Source: Vicugna vicugna
Lineage: Eukaryota
Direction: 5' to 3'
Assembly (NCBI GenBank): GCA_013265495.1
Contig: MU058418.1
Span: 868,001 to 932,000 of the forward strand
DNA: 64,000 bases
Part shown: in pieces, positions 1 to 13,784 of the stretch
How positions within the stretch are numbered: the first letter of the stretch is position 1
Layout of the letters: every line of letters begins with the position of its first letter
The notes under the pieces: model-generated
Databases searched by the model: none
Seen by the model: only the letters and a program-made list of their open reading frames with translations
What the model was told of the DNA's origin: nothing
Program-made: the position numbers and the translations under genes

Positions 1-16
1 AACATTTCTTCCCCCA

Positions 17-98
17 TTTTTTAATTGAAGTATAGTCAGTTTACAATGTGTCAATTTCTGGTGTACAGCATAGTGTTATAGTCTTATACATATATTCC
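17..98 (-). mobile_element. Very short L1 3' end fragment
   Basis: ttgaagtatagtcagtttacaatgtgtcaatttctggtgtacagcata is related to the 63.7 kb copy. Confidence 0.7.
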
Positions 99-1834
99 CA
101 AGGACATTTTTATCAAGGGTAATCTATTTGATATTTTATTTTTATTTCAACTTTAATTTTTTATCGTGTACCTGAATAAAGAGACACTTGAATGGGTACC
201 TGTCCAACATCTGAGAATGTAGAAGAAGGAAAGTAGTCAACAAAATCCATGAAAAGAAAGTAAAGAAACAAGGCATGTGAGAGAGTTCTAAGCCTCTTGA
301 ATTAGTCTCAGGCTAAGGATCCCCATTGCTCAATGGTGTGTGATTAGAAGGACATTATTAGAGCTTTGTACTTAAGAAATACTGGGCAGCTGACTAGTGG
401 ACTGGAGAAACACATCAGAATGCTAATGATAAATTTATACTCACAGTAGTTCTATTTTCTAATCTAATTGGGATTTCTCTATTATTCTATTACATGAGTT
501 CCTTTAACTCAGTGCGTGAATATTTTGAAAGCACAGATGCATGTAACATTATTTTTTTCAAATAAAAGAGAAAAACATTTTCTTTGCAAGCACTGGAGCC
601 TTCTTTCTTCTTACTATTCTCTTAGAGAAGCAGGGCAGCATTACATAATAGGAAGAATTAGGGGTCTTCAGTCAAAAATTGGTCTCCAACTGCTGTGGAC
701 AAATCATTTCAGCTCTCTGAGCCTCAGTTTTCCCTTCAGGGGATATTAAAGCAGATAACTGGAGAGTCTCTTGAGTCCTTTCTAGCTCGAAGAGTCTGTG
801 ATTTTAGAAAGCAAGGAGATGTTTCTGAGGAGGGATGAAAAAATATAATAAAAGATGAGGGAGGCAAGAAGAGACAGAATGTAAGAAAAGCAAAGCAAAG
901 GTAGATTTCCCTCCTCACCTTGACCCTGAAGTCCAAAAGGTTAAAGGGATCTTTACTCTGTGTGGGCTTCTCCCAATAACCTTAATTCAAAAGTATGCCA
1001 GTTGCTTAATTTATCCAGAATAGTCTCTTAAGCCCTTTGCAGTGCGCTTCATCAAGGTCTTCAACAACATGATGAAAAAGCCCTGAAGACATTTTGATAG
1101 GTGAACTTAGAAAAGTTTCTTGATCCTAAATCAAGTCTTATATTTTGCTATCTCAACTCATTAGGATTCATTTCAGGTCAAGTTATCCTTTGAAATATAT
1201 CTGCAGGTTTTGTATGTGTGTGTGTGTGTGCGTGTCCAGAGGACCAACCTAGGGAAAGAATATTCTTGTTGAGCATATGAAATAGAATTCCCAACCTCCT
1301 GTCTCCAGAAGTGGCTTAGAAATTAGTGTCGCTCAGATTCACTCATCTAGTCAACACACCAGGTCCTAAGCTCCTGTGAGAGGAGGCAGGTGAGTAAATG
1401 GCAGTTACAGCTCATGGCAAGGGGGTGGTACAGGTGTTGAGGGGGCTCAGAGGAGGATGATGCTAGTGACCTATGAGAGTGGCTTGGGCTCAGATGGTGC
1501 AGGGGAAATGGAGAGAAGTAGATAGACTCAAGATATGCTGAAGGAAAAACTGACAAGAAAGGGCAATGGACTGCATAAGGAATATAGGCAAAGGCTGTGT
1601 TTCTAGTTAGAGCAACTGTGTGGGCATTGGTACCCATTTCCTGAGATGGGGAATCATCTCAGTGTTAGACATGTTGTCTGATAAACTATAAGTTCTAAAT
1701 TAAGATATAACTTCTCCAAGGGGTATGTGCATTTAAAAAAGAAAGCTCTCAAGAATCAAAAATGGTGAAGCTAGAGTGGTAGACTGGCGGGCACAAATTG
1801 TTTGGTTTGGTTTTTTTGGGGGGGTGTACTATTT

Positions 1835-2085
1835 GTTTTTTAATTTTGATATAATTGACATATAACCTTATACTAGTTTTTCAGATGTATGACATAAGGA
1901 TTTGATGTTTATCTCTATTGCAAAATGATCACCACAATAAGTGTAGTTAACATTCATCACCATAACAATTTTTTTCCCTGTGGTGAGCACTTTTAAGATC
2001 TACTCTCTTAGCAACTTTCAAATATGCAATAGAGTTATTATCAACTATAGTCACCATGCTGTACACTAGCCCCAAGATTTATTTA
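1835..2085 (-). mobile_element. Old L1M 3' end
   Basis: ataattgacatataac...ctactctcttagcaactttcaa...actatagtcaccatgctgtaca. Confidence 0.75.
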
Positions 2086-4278
2086 TGTGCTGTTATTTTT
2101 GCATCAAGGATTACCTACATGCCTATGGGTAAGGCTAGTTGGGGCATAATGACCATATTTATGGAGGTGAGCACTTCCTACTCTATCTCCTCTAGTCTAG
2201 ACACATAACTTCCTTTAAAAAAAAAAAAGATTATGTACTGGTGCTAAGAACCTGAGGTTTGGTGGAGAATTTTCCTTCAGTTGCTCCTAACTACATCTTG
2301 ACCCAAAAGGCTGGATAAAATCTATCACGCCCGCAATGGCTTATGGAGCTGATCACCGTTTTCTTCCCAAAGCGGCACCCTATCTCCCATCCCTAAGCCC
2401 ACCGCCCTCTTGAGGGACAGAGAACAGCTGGTATTTCCAAAAAGCTGCCAGTCTCTGTCTCTGGAAAAGGAGCTCAATTCATCTTAAAATCAGGGAGAAG
2501 AAGGAGAGGTTGGAATAGGTAGAATTTCATAGTCACAGAGAACGAGGAAGAGAAAGAGACTACTCTGCCTGAAGCCAGGTTTTCTAATCTGAGTCTCAGA
2601 ATCCTCACTTTTGTTTTTCAAATATCCAAGTCCAGTGGTTCCTCCCAAATCCATCCTGAGGAGCACTTTGAATCACAATCCTTGCTCAGTTCAAAAGAAT
2701 TTGTACCTAAAAATGTTCTTCATAAATTTTTTGTGTGTCTACATGTATGAATATCTACAATTCACTTAGCATTAAAAAGGTCTGAGGTACAACACCATCC
2801 CTGAAGAAACTTTTTATTGGTCTCCACTTACTCTACTGAAATTAGAATATGCAGCCACCAAGTAAACTTGGCTCTGGTTATATTATCAGTAAGATCAGTT
2901 AGTCTAGAGGGAAATCATTGTGATTTTATAGCCAATTTTTAATTTCATATAAAATTAAAACAGCCAGAGAAACAAAAGCCACTTTATTAAAAAAGGATAC
3001 ACAATTTTAAATTTTAAATAAAATATAATTGCCTGTGTGACATTAAGTTCCAGTCTCCCTGATGTTTAATAGTTAGTAATTCCTGGTTTCGCCACCTGGG
3101 ACCTGCCTGTTTCCTGACCTGCACACTGGCACACCTCACCGGCATGGCCATTAGATCAAAAGCTCTGTGAGGTCAGGCCCAGATCTGTCCTCATCCCTGC
3201 AGAAGCCTCAGGGCCTGGCACACTGCCTGTCTCATCTTAGGAGACTAAAAATATCTCTCCAATGACTGAATGAGTGGACACAGTCCAGCACCAAGGCTTT
3301 AGGATAAACTGAATCTGGTTGGATTATTTCTGGAGTGGTTGGAAGGAGATGGAATTTAAGGGGCAAATGTGAATCAAAGCAGAGGAAGGGAGCCAACACC
3401 AGAGGAGTATCAAATGCTCTTTGTGTTTTAGGTCTCGCCCCACCACTGCCCCCAGGGGTCTTTATGAGGCCAAAAATAAGAGATAAGAGGAAAATTCAGG
3501 CAGAGGACGTCAGGAACTTCTCAGGAACTCTGGTGTGAACGGGGTGAGGAACACAAGGGGCTTGGATATCATTCTTACTGGTGCTGGGCATGTGACACAT
3601 GGGCCAGTTTTTCTGCTTAAAGATTTAGACATGGTCCCCATAGAAATGTTCTTGAAATCAGACTCTTCCTGGGATGGCTTAAATATTTCAAAACAACTTG
3701 ACAACAAAAATCTTTATAATGAATTATACTGTAGTTACGGAGACATCAGCTCAAGGCCACATTCTCCAAAGTACATATTTTATTTTTTCTTAATAACTCC
3801 AATGGGGAATTAATAGGGTTTTGTGGAAAGAAAAAGAATGGTGAGTAAAACAAATGTTAAGCAGATATGTTTCTTGCAGTAATTCTCAGAGCCTTTGACA
3901 TGTTAATGTACATTATGAATCTCAGAGAGAGACAGAGACAGACAGAGACTGAGAGAAGCATTTCTTAAGACTAGAATTCTGCAGAGCAATTTTTGGGAAA
4001 ATACTGGCTTAGTGAATAATTCCACCTTCCTCTTAAGCACTCTGCTAAAAGAAATTCCTTATCTATGTCAACACTTTTCTCTTCAGAAGGCATTTTCTCT
4101 TTCTTTGCTTCCTTCCTTTTTTTTTTTTTTTTTTTATTTTTTTTTTTTATGGCATGGCAAAAGCCCAGATGAAAATGTAAGGACTGGAAATATATATTTT
4201 TTCAGTGAGAAATAAATATTCTTTACTCCTAAGTTTTTGGGGTTTTTTTTTGTCTATTGAAGCCAGAACTGGTATTGT

Positions 4279-4302
4279 TACATATATATGTGCATGTGTG
4301 TG

Positions 4303-4351
<49 letters not shown>

Positions 4352-4367
4352 GTAATATGTATATATA
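4279..4367. repeat. Imperfect (TA)/(TG) microsatellite
   Basis: Read directly from the sequence. Confidence 0.9.
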
Positions 4368-5692
4368 ACAGCCCTTTAGTGATCATCACAAACAGAAAAA
4401 TACGATGAAACTGCTTTGTGAAAGGACACAAAATTAGAAAAACAATTTACCAAAATATAACTTTTAAAATACTTTAAAAATAAAGCTTAACTATAAAAAC
4501 AGCGCTATAATATGGTTTTATCATCATGTATTTGAAAAGTAGAATGACTCCTTATTTTCACAACTCCTAAGTGTACCATTTTATAACCTGCCCAAGGATT
4601 TGATGTGATTTTCTAGTGGCCCCAAAGGTGGTGATATCTGTTCATAAAAGCCATGATTTGGACTGTGTGGGCTACTGAAGTTTTTTCAGACTTTTTCTTA
4701 TTGCAAAAGATTGCATGGAAGGCTGGCAATGTCATTTACTTGTACTTTCCAGAGGTTTATATGAACAGAACTTACATTTTCTCTTTCTTTGCAATACCAA
4801 ATTTTTTCCATAGTTAATGAGTATAAAATATTCTCAGAGAAAAAGCCACAAAATTTAGAATTTTTCCTTCTTAAGAAATCAAAAGACAGTAGATTTTCCA
4901 TTTATTTATCCTTCATTTCACCAAGTATTTTCTTACAAATTCTCTGCACCTCTCTTACTTCCTTTTAACAGAAAATTTGTGAGTGATATTAGATAAACAC
5001 GATTGATAGTGGAATGGGCGTTGGCTCACCATTGCTTGTCAATTAAGAGGTGTTTACTGCAATTTGAAACAAATTTTTGGTTCCTTCTGATAAAATATCC
5101 CTGGATTTTCAGAAAATAAATACTAAACTGGGTCCAAGTAAGAAATACAACTTAATCATGGAAACAGGTTTTTGTTCAATCATCATGTACTCGCTTCTTC
5201 ACTTTGACAGCTGCTTCTCCTCCTTGTGGCATGAAGGAATTCAGCAATAAAGGCAGAGACTCTCCTAAAGGATGGCTGGGGAGGTGGCATGGAAGAAAAG
5301 AGAATCCCGGGACTGCAGGATGGAACTGCCTATGCTGTTTTGCAGATTCCCTTCAGCAGGGTTATCCTTGTAAAGCAGACTGAGAAAGTGACTCGATCCT
5401 GAACCTTGAGAGCTGTCCTCAGTCCTGTGTGACTTTTCCCTCAAAAAATTGCCCAAACAGCCCATTTTCTAAAAAAGTCTGAATGATGGCTGGATTACAG
5501 AGCTGTTGTAGCTCAGAGATGGACTGTGCTTGCTCTAATTCCTCTGCCACAGACATCTCCATTGCTCTCCTTCCTCACCACAGTCAATAGGAAAATAGAG
5601 GCAAAGAGATTTGCTTAAAAACCATTGCCATCTCAACAGTAGGAGAGGGCATTCTGAAGTGGTTTTCAGTCTCTCAGAAGTGGTACGGTGTG

Positions 5693-6516
5693 CAGTCAGA
5701 ATGGCCATTATTCAAAAGTCCACAAATGACAAATGCTGGAGAGGCTATAGAGAAAAGGGAACCCTTCTATACTGCTGATACGAATGCAGTTTGGTGCAGC
5801 CACTGTGGAAAACAGTATGGAGATTCCTCAAAAGACTAGGAATAGATCTACCATAGGACCCAGGAATCCTGCCCCTGGGCATATATCCAGAAGGAACCCT
5901 ACTTCAAAAAGACACCTGCACCCCAATGTTCATAGCAGCACTATTTACAATAGCCAAGACATGGAAATAGCCTAAATGTCCATCAACAGATGACTGGATA
6001 AAGAAGAAGTGGTATATTTATACAATGGAATACTATTCAGCTATAAAGAACAACATAACACCATTCGCAGCAACATGGATGTCCCTGGAGAACGTAATTC
6101 TAAGTGAAGTAAGCCAGAAAGAGAAAGAAAAATACCATATGAGATTGCTCATATGTGGAATCTAAAACAAAACAAAACAAAACAAAAAACACATAAATAC
6201 AAAACAGAAACAGACTCATAGACATAAACAGACTCATTAGAATACAAACTTGTGGTTGCCAAGGGGAAGGTGGGTGGGAAGAGATAGACTGGGAGTTCAA
6301 AATTTGTAGATACTGACAGGCATAAGTAGAGTAGATAAACATGATTATACTGGATCGCACAGGGAAATACATACAAAATATTGTGGTAGCTCACAGCAAA
6401 AAAAAGTGACAATGAATATACGTATGTTCACGTATAACTGAAAAATTGTGCTCTACACTGGAATTTGACAGAACATTGTAAAATGACTATAACTCAATAA
6501 AAAAATTTTTAAAAAA
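5693..6516 (+). mobile_element. 5'-truncated LINE-1 3' end (somewhat older subfamily)
   Basis: Homologous to about 27596-28394. 17-bp TSD with 2 mismatches: agaagtggtacggtgtg (5676-5692) and agaagtgatatggtgtg (6517-6533). Confidence 0.92.
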
Positions 6517-7229
6517 AGAAGTGATATGGTGTGAAATTATAAGAAAACCACAAAGCTGTACTGTCTCATTCTGCCCCATCTCAAACCCTACTCAGGGCAT
6601 GATTTCCAAACATGAACAATCAGTAGAACTTGTCTTAGACTGTTGCCGCTGCCCAAGCACACTAAGCAGTCAGAGCACAAATCTGGATAAAAATAACATT
6701 GACGGTAACTGGAATTACCGAATACATTTCATATCTGAGAGGTGGAGACAGCATGGTACACAAAAGATCTGAAGTTTACCTTTAACCACTGAGGCGTGGA
6801 TTCAGCTAGTAGCCATGGTAATTGCCTGGCAAGTCCATTCTGTTGCCCTGTGGCGATCTGCGTAATTCATAGTTCTGGAGTGTAATAAAGATTTTTGAGT
6901 AGATGAGCAAACAAGATGGGAATCACAATCTAAGGATATTAACCTGGTGAGGTGTTAAGTGGTCTGGAAAGAGAGAAAATGGAGTTGACACCAGTGAGGA
7001 GATACTACAATGGTCCCTGTCAGTGGTACTGACAAGTGGGGTACACAATGGGAAGGGAAAGAAGGTTACAGGTAGAGATCTTCTCCAAAGGACTCAGAAG
7101 TAGATTGTTTTCAGTGGAGACAGTGGGAAGGGGTTTAAGTAGGAATCTACCAATTTTGTCTTTTCAAAGGAGTTTCTTTTTTTAGGGATTTGCTCCTCTC
7201 ACTCCATGTTTGGCGAGGCTGCCGTGTTA

Positions 7230-7655
7230 CAGGACTCTGAACACAGAGCAGGAGTAGTGGTAGGAGCAGCCAAGCTCAGAACCTTAGGCCCAGCCAATCA
7301 TAATCATAGCACCTCGTTCTCTTGGGCACAGTGATTGGTCCAGGGAAGGGCATGTGCTCCAGTGTGGGCCAATTAGAGCCCTTTTCTGAGACTTCAGTTT
7401 GGATCTTTTGAGAAGTAGGTGAATGGGGACTGTCAGCAGCCATTTTTTTTTCCACTACATGAAGAACACCTGTCTGCAGTAGCAAAGAATGAAGACAACG
7501 TAGACAAATGGATAGAGGGTGTATGTGGCAACCTACTTTGAGTTCCTCAGTTCAGTCAAACTTGAAGCTAGACCAATTCCTGGACTTTCCAGTTATGTAA
7601 TCCAATAAATCTCCCTTTATGCTAGTCTGAGTTGAGTTTCTGTCACTTGTACAAG
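7230..7655 (+). mobile_element. MLT1-type (MaLR) LTR
   Basis: gtgattggtccaggg...ccaataaatctccct...gagtttctgtcacttg. Confidence 0.65.
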
Positions 7656-9754
7656 ACTGACGTAAAAAGAAAAAAGAAAGCAGCTAAATAACATGTTCTT
7701 TCTATTAATACACTTAACTACTAAAAGTCCACAGTAAATTCAATGGAATGAATATTTAAGCAGATTGGTATCTAAGAAATATTTGTTAGCAAACTGGACA
7801 AATCAAAGGTGTTTAGGGGCGTGTCAAGGAAACCAGTCGTGCGTATTTCTGTTGTTTTCCTTCTTATGTTGGTAGTTTTTGCTTTTGAAATTGTAAGGAG
7901 GAAGAAAAACAGGGGAAAACAGTCAAGAGAGAAGGACTAGAGAGGCAGTAAAAGGAGGTATGGGAATAGAGCGACGTAGAAGGAAGTGGTGAGAGATGGC
8001 ATGGCGTATCAGGGAGCTCCATCCTGGGAGTCAGGGGACCTGGGTCACAGCCTTTGCTCTGCCATGACTACTCCATCTGCTTGGGTGAACCCCTTCGATT
8101 AGTTGTAATTTATACACCTGAGAAATAAAGAGGCCTGAAATAAAGGTGATTAAGGTCCCTCTTGGTTCTAACAGTCAATTAATTATTCCAGTGTATCCCT
8201 ACTTCTAGCAGGGAAATGAAGGAAGCAAGGGAGTAGGGTGCATCACTATTGGATTCACAGCTGTTAAGAGAATGACCTCAGGTTTCCCAAGAAGCCTAGC
8301 TCAGAAGGCAGCTGCTCCAATAACCCCCAAACCAGCTGGATCACTGAGGCTCTGGAGTTTTCCTGGAAGGGTCAAAACAAGGTCAACAATTACAGGGCTG
8401 GAGGTAGAAGTAGACCCACGATAGGCTCATGGTTTATAATTCATTGAATATTCATTAGAGTCCCTGGGAAGAGAGGGCAAAACCCACTTAATCTCCTTCT
8501 TCTTGCCTTCCCTGGCCCATGCTAAATCCTGTCAGAGGAGCATACCTGAAACTCATCCAACATAGCAAGTGTAGCCTGCCCTGCAGAGACCTGAGCAAAC
8601 CAGTTTCACACAGGGAAATTCAATAGCCTACTATTATCACAGCCAGGGAGGCAGGGGAGGTGCAGTCCCACCCATTATAGTGATTTAAGCAGGAGGAGAG
8701 ATGAGAAAGAGAGTAAGAGGAAAATAAACTCCAGGAAGGGAAGCTTTACAGAAGTGTGCTCCTGCTCAAAAGTTGGGGTTAAAGGGGCATGTCTGAGAAG
8801 AAAGGAGTTTTCTTCTAGCTCCTTTAAACTGTTTTCCCCATTTGTGACAAAATAGTCGGCAAGAAGTTTCTCAGTTCTTAGAGTTCTGAGAAGTAAGATT
8901 TGATACATGGAAGGTACATAATAAATACTTATCGAATGAATAAACCAGTTTATGAATGGGCAAATCTGTTGGTCACCAGGTTGACTCTTTTTGCCTTTGA
9001 TGAATCACAGAAATGGAATGTGCTCCACAGAAGAGAAGGCCTGGTAAGAATGGGGATCCTTGCAGACTCAGCTGAGGCTGATGGTCCCCCCTGCGGACTA
9101 TCCAGGCAGAGTCATAATGAGTCACACCACACACAACAGGTACTTCCTTCAGTCAAGGAGCAATTTCTGGGCCCTTCTTTGGGGCCCAGGACCATGTACA
9201 TGATACTCCCTGACTTCTGAGAGCTTGCAGTCTAACTGAAGAGACAGTGTCTTAGCCCATATAGAACAATCATATATATCATATAAATCAATAAATAATC
9301 AGCTTTAAGTAATGTAGGGAGAACTATAATTACAATTAGAGTTCAAAGAAAAGAGAGATGAATGGGGTTGGAACAGTATCAGAAGCTCCACTGAAGTGAG
9401 ATTTGACCTTGACTTGAGAACAGGCAAATGTGCATTCACTTGGGAGAAACCTGGGTTAATTATCTGAACTCTGATCCCAACTGGGTCATCATAGTGCTAT
9501 TTTCCAGATGCGTGGTCAAGTCCCCTTCCAATCTTCCTTCCGTAGTCTGCGTGGCCGGTGAGATTTTCATCACCATTAGAACAGAGGGGGTCTTCACAAA
9601 AAGCATTGCAATTTGAGTGCTGATGAGGCCAACAGGTTTGATTCTGAAGGCTGTTATTGCTGCCAGGCTGTAACCTAGACATATAAATGTGCTGCTTCAA
9701 ATGTTCCATCAGGAGAATCAGCTGGGGAGCGTTAATCCTAAGTGAAACCATCTT

Positions 9755-10116
9755 TTTTTTTTTTAACATTTTTTATTGATTTATAATCATTTTACAATGT
9801 TGTGTCAAATTCCAGTGTTCAGCACAATTTTTCAGTCGTTCATGGACATATACACACTCACTGTCACATTTTTTTTTTTGTGAGTTATATCATAACATTA
9901 ACCCTCCACCCCCCTGGCAACCACAAGTCTGTATTCTCTGTCTATGAGTCTATTTCTGTCCTGTATTTACACTTTGTTTTTGTTTGTTTGTTTGTTTGTT
10001 TTTGTTTTTGTTTTTTAGATTCCACATATGAGCGATCTCATATGGTATTTCTCTTTCTCTTTCTGGGTTACTTCACTTAGAATGACATTCTCCAGGAGCA
10101 TCCATGTTGCTGCAAA
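9755..10116 (-). mobile_element. Short young LINE-1 3' end with internal deletion of about 80 bp
   Basis: Poly-T followed by the reverse complement of the 27970-28394 L1 end. TSD tgaaaccatctt at 9743-9754 and 10117-10128. Confidence 0.92.
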
Positions 10117-10199
10117 TGAAACCATCTTGATTACAAAGGAAGAGACGACACCATGTTGCTGCAAATGAAACCATCTTGATTACAAAGGAAGAGACGACA
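10102..10199. repeat. Perfect 49-bp tandem duplication
   Basis: ccatgttgctgcaaatgaaaccatcttgattacaaaggaagagacgaca occurs twice (10102-10150 and 10151-10199). Confidence 0.95.
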
Positions 10200-11439
10200 A
10201 CACCGTATTGTTTAACTGCTGAACCTTACAATGAAACAAAGCAGCATTAATGTTCTCTGCCTGTAATGCCACAGTTTAAGCAGTTAATCTTATTTTAGCT
10301 GAATGACATGTTCATTACAGCAAATAAGAAGCTAATGTGTGGGATTACTGAAAGGAAAGATAAATTAAACCAGTTATAGGCATCATGTTGATTTTAACTG
10401 TCCGATTTAACTTGGTATTTTTCAACAGTCAGATCTAATGTACACTCACTTAGCAGAGATTAAGCAGATGGGACTCTAGCCCAGAAAAGGTCTGATGTAT
10501 AATTTTAGATGCTCATTTTAAAGGCAGCAGTCCATGATAGTCAGAACTGCTTAAGCCTGGAATCGTCCATTCTTAAACTGGAGGGTTCCTGAATGGTAAG
10601 AGAGTACATCTCTGTTCTATTAAACAGTTATGTTTTCACCATTTATACTTTTCAACGGCAGCTGAAGGACTTTTCCTTAAGGTCTCAAACATCCTTCTGA
10701 GTGAATCTGCTACAAAGATACCTTCCAAAACGGTGTGTAGTTCAGGAATAGATTCTCTCTCATTTACATGTGCTTTCTTCAAACAAGTGTTACTCTGACT
10801 CTAAAAACCATTCACTGAACTTTGGGTAAAAGAGGGAAAGGAGATATGGTCTCTGAACTGGAGATGATTACAATCCAGTTGGGGAAAGAGGGATCATAAT
10901 CCTAAACATAAGGAACCTAGGAAACAATGTGAGAGGGTGTCTAATCAAGTGCCAAACTGCATAGTGCATCTGTGTTTAGTACGGTTCTGAAGGAAAATGC
11001 CTAGTATTTTCTGAGCAGTGTGAGCAGTATGAAGTACCAGGTACTGGGCATTGCACGGTAGGTTCCTCATAAACCTAGTCTCGTTTAATTTGCACAGTGA
11101 TTTTGTGAGGCCAATATTATTACCTCTTATTTGTCCAAGGAAGAGGAAGTAAATTGCTTGTCCAAGGAAGGGGAAAAGCAGGAGTTTAAACCCAGGCCTG
11201 CTTCTAAAGTCCTTGCTTTTTCCTTTACGGCAAGCTGCTTCCTTAAGAAATATGAAAGAGTCAAGAACAGAAGAAAATCCTAAAAGATGTCATAAAAGGA
11301 ATTGGATCTGATTCAGAATGTACCTTCAATCCAACTTAAAAACAGCAAAATCTTTACCAGTAAAGATTGGCAGTCAATTTTACCTCCAGGAACAGCCTAA
11401 AGAAATAATCTTCTTTCTAGATAATTTAATGACCTTAAG

Positions 11440-12330
11440 ACATTTTAACTTGAAGAATCCTCTCTTGACTTTTATGCCATTGTTACGTGTTTTCATTAAA
11501 TATAAGTATATTTTAACCCTCCAGGGCATAATTATTGTATACAGTCAATGATTATTTAGCTTTATTCATCTATTTTATCCTTTTCATTCATCTTTTCTTC
11601 TTGCACCCCTGGGTTTCCACCGAGGTTCATCTCACTTCTGTCTGAAGAACTGTCTTTAACATTACCTTTAATACAGGACTGCTTGTGATAATTCTCTCAG
11701 TCTTTATGCCCAGAGATGCCTTATTTCCCTTTTTATGTTGGAGAACATTTTTTTTTCCACTGGGCATAGAATTACGGATTGTCAGTTACTTTCTTTCAGC
11801 ACTTTGAAAATACTCCATTTGTCTTCTAGCTTTCCATATTTCTTTTGAAAAACCAAATTATGTTTAATTATTACTCTTTTAAACGTAATGTCTTTTTTTT
11901 CTCTAGTTGTATATATGTATTTCTCCTTGGTTTTCATTTACTATGAATGTGACCAGGTTTTTCGGTTTGTTTTAAATTCTGTTTGGGCTTCTTAATTTGT
12001 GAAAATGTTTTTCACCTGTTTATCTTTTCAAAAATTGTTTCAGTCCTATTTTCTCCCTCCTTTATTTCAAGGACTCTAAATACATTTAGATTAAATCTTC
12101 TCATGGCATCCCCTCTATCTCTTACCCCTCATCTGTGTTTCCCAAAACTTTCTCTCCATATTTCCTTCTGGAAATATTATTCAAATATACTCTTAATCAT
12201 CTCTTCAACTATATCTTATTGACTGTAAAACTTCCATTGAGTTAATTTCAGCTACTAAATTTTTTTTGTTTTGAGATTTGGTTACTTTTTATAGTTTCCA
12301 TAATTATCAATCTCGATTTTTTTGTTTTAT
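11440..12330 (-). mobile_element. Old L1M remnant
   Basis: T-rich degenerate L1-like sequence (ttctctcagtc, tttctttcagcactttgaaaat). Confidence 0.5.
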
Positions 12331-12749
12331 GTCTTTACCTATTAAATGAAGTGCAGAGCAATTTGCTGTCAAGTAAAAACCTAGAGCTGACAGCAAAGAA
12401 GCAATCAGTGAGTCCCAATCCCACTTAGGATATAGAAAGCCAAGAAGCACTGCTCCTACAAACTCTTTTGCTTTGAGCACAGTACAGGAGGAAGAGTAGC
12501 AGTCAAAATGGTAAAAGGAAAAAAAACTGAAATTTTAACAAATGCTTAAAACACCATGTATGGGCTGGTGTGACAGCTTAGAATCCCTGGGAGCCACAGA
12601 CAAGAGGAAATTCTGCCCTTGGTTCAGAGCTCTTTTCCATAGGCCTCCACCGGGTGTTCAAGAAAGACTGGGGGTAGATCAGGAGAACTGAATGGCCTCC
12701 TTTTGGCGACACAAGCATGAAGATGACAATCACCTACCTCTGGGGGAGA

Positions 12750-13784
12750 TCCACTTATACATGGATTTTTTTTCAATAAATATACAAAAATACATGTGTA
12801 GAAAATTTTGTGCAAGACTTGTACTGAAGTGGATAGGTTATCTTTACATAGGCATAAGGTGAATGATATATACAATTAATAATATTAATTTTCTTACTGT
12901 TTTATAACTGCCTTCAAAGAATTACATAACTGTACAGTATGCTGCTCTCTTTCATAATTGGAGACCCTGTGTATCAGTCTATCATCACAGGGAAGTGTTT
13001 TTTTTTTTAGTAACATCTTTCTTTTTTTAAGGCACTGTTCTCATGCATTTTGGCAGGGGGGTTTATTAGGCTTATTTAATTACTTTTTTAATGGAGGTAC
13101 TGGGGATTGAACCCAGGACCTGGTACGTGCTATACCCTCCCCTGGGCAGTGTTTTTTTAAAAATACACAATTATGTTTCCAATACTGTGTTATAAATATG
13201 ACTGTAATACTGTAATACTGTAAAACTTTATAACCACTTATTAGTGTCTAGGCGAGGCTACCATGAAGCAATTGTATCGATTATACTAGGCTACTGTAAA
13301 GCAATCATATAGCTGTTCCTTTATTATCAATGCATGAATTGTTATACCTGTAAATAAGTATAAATCTCTTTTTCACTTTCTTTTCACTTTTGATGTCTAG
13401 TGTTAGTAACACATATAACATCTGCAATGTTTTGTATCATAAAAGACAATATTGATGTAGGTACTGACAGACAATTCATCTTGTAAATAGATGACGAACT
13501 TACAGAATCAATAAATACAGTACAGTACTGTAAACATATTTTCTCTTCCTTATGGTTTTCTTAACATTTTCTTTTCTCCAGCTTATTTGATTGTAAGAAC
13601 ACAGTGTATAATACATATAACTTACAAAATACGTGTTAATCGACTGTTTATATTATCAGTAAGGCTTCCAGTCAACAGTAAGCTATTAGCAGTTAAGTTC
13701 TGGGAAGGTCTAATGTTATACGTGGATATTCGACTGCATAAGGAGTCAGTGACCCTAGCCCCCATGTTGTTCAAGGGTTAACTG
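12750..13784. mobile_element. Tigger2-like (TcMar) DNA transposon remnant
   Basis: Right TIR cccatgttgttcaagggttaactg is followed by TA. The left subterminal tccacttatacatggattttttttcaataaa is present but the left TIR is missing. Confidence 0.72.
13002..13142 (-). mobile_element. tRNA-derived SINE (vic-1-like, internally deleted) inserted into the Tigger element
   Basis: atggaggtactggggattgaacccaggacc...tataccctcccc. Flanks are gggaagtgtttt and gggcagtgtttt. Confidence 0.72.

Noticed and set aside
10102..10199. CRISPR-like repeat array
   Set aside because: Only two abutting units, no spacers, in a mammalian context.
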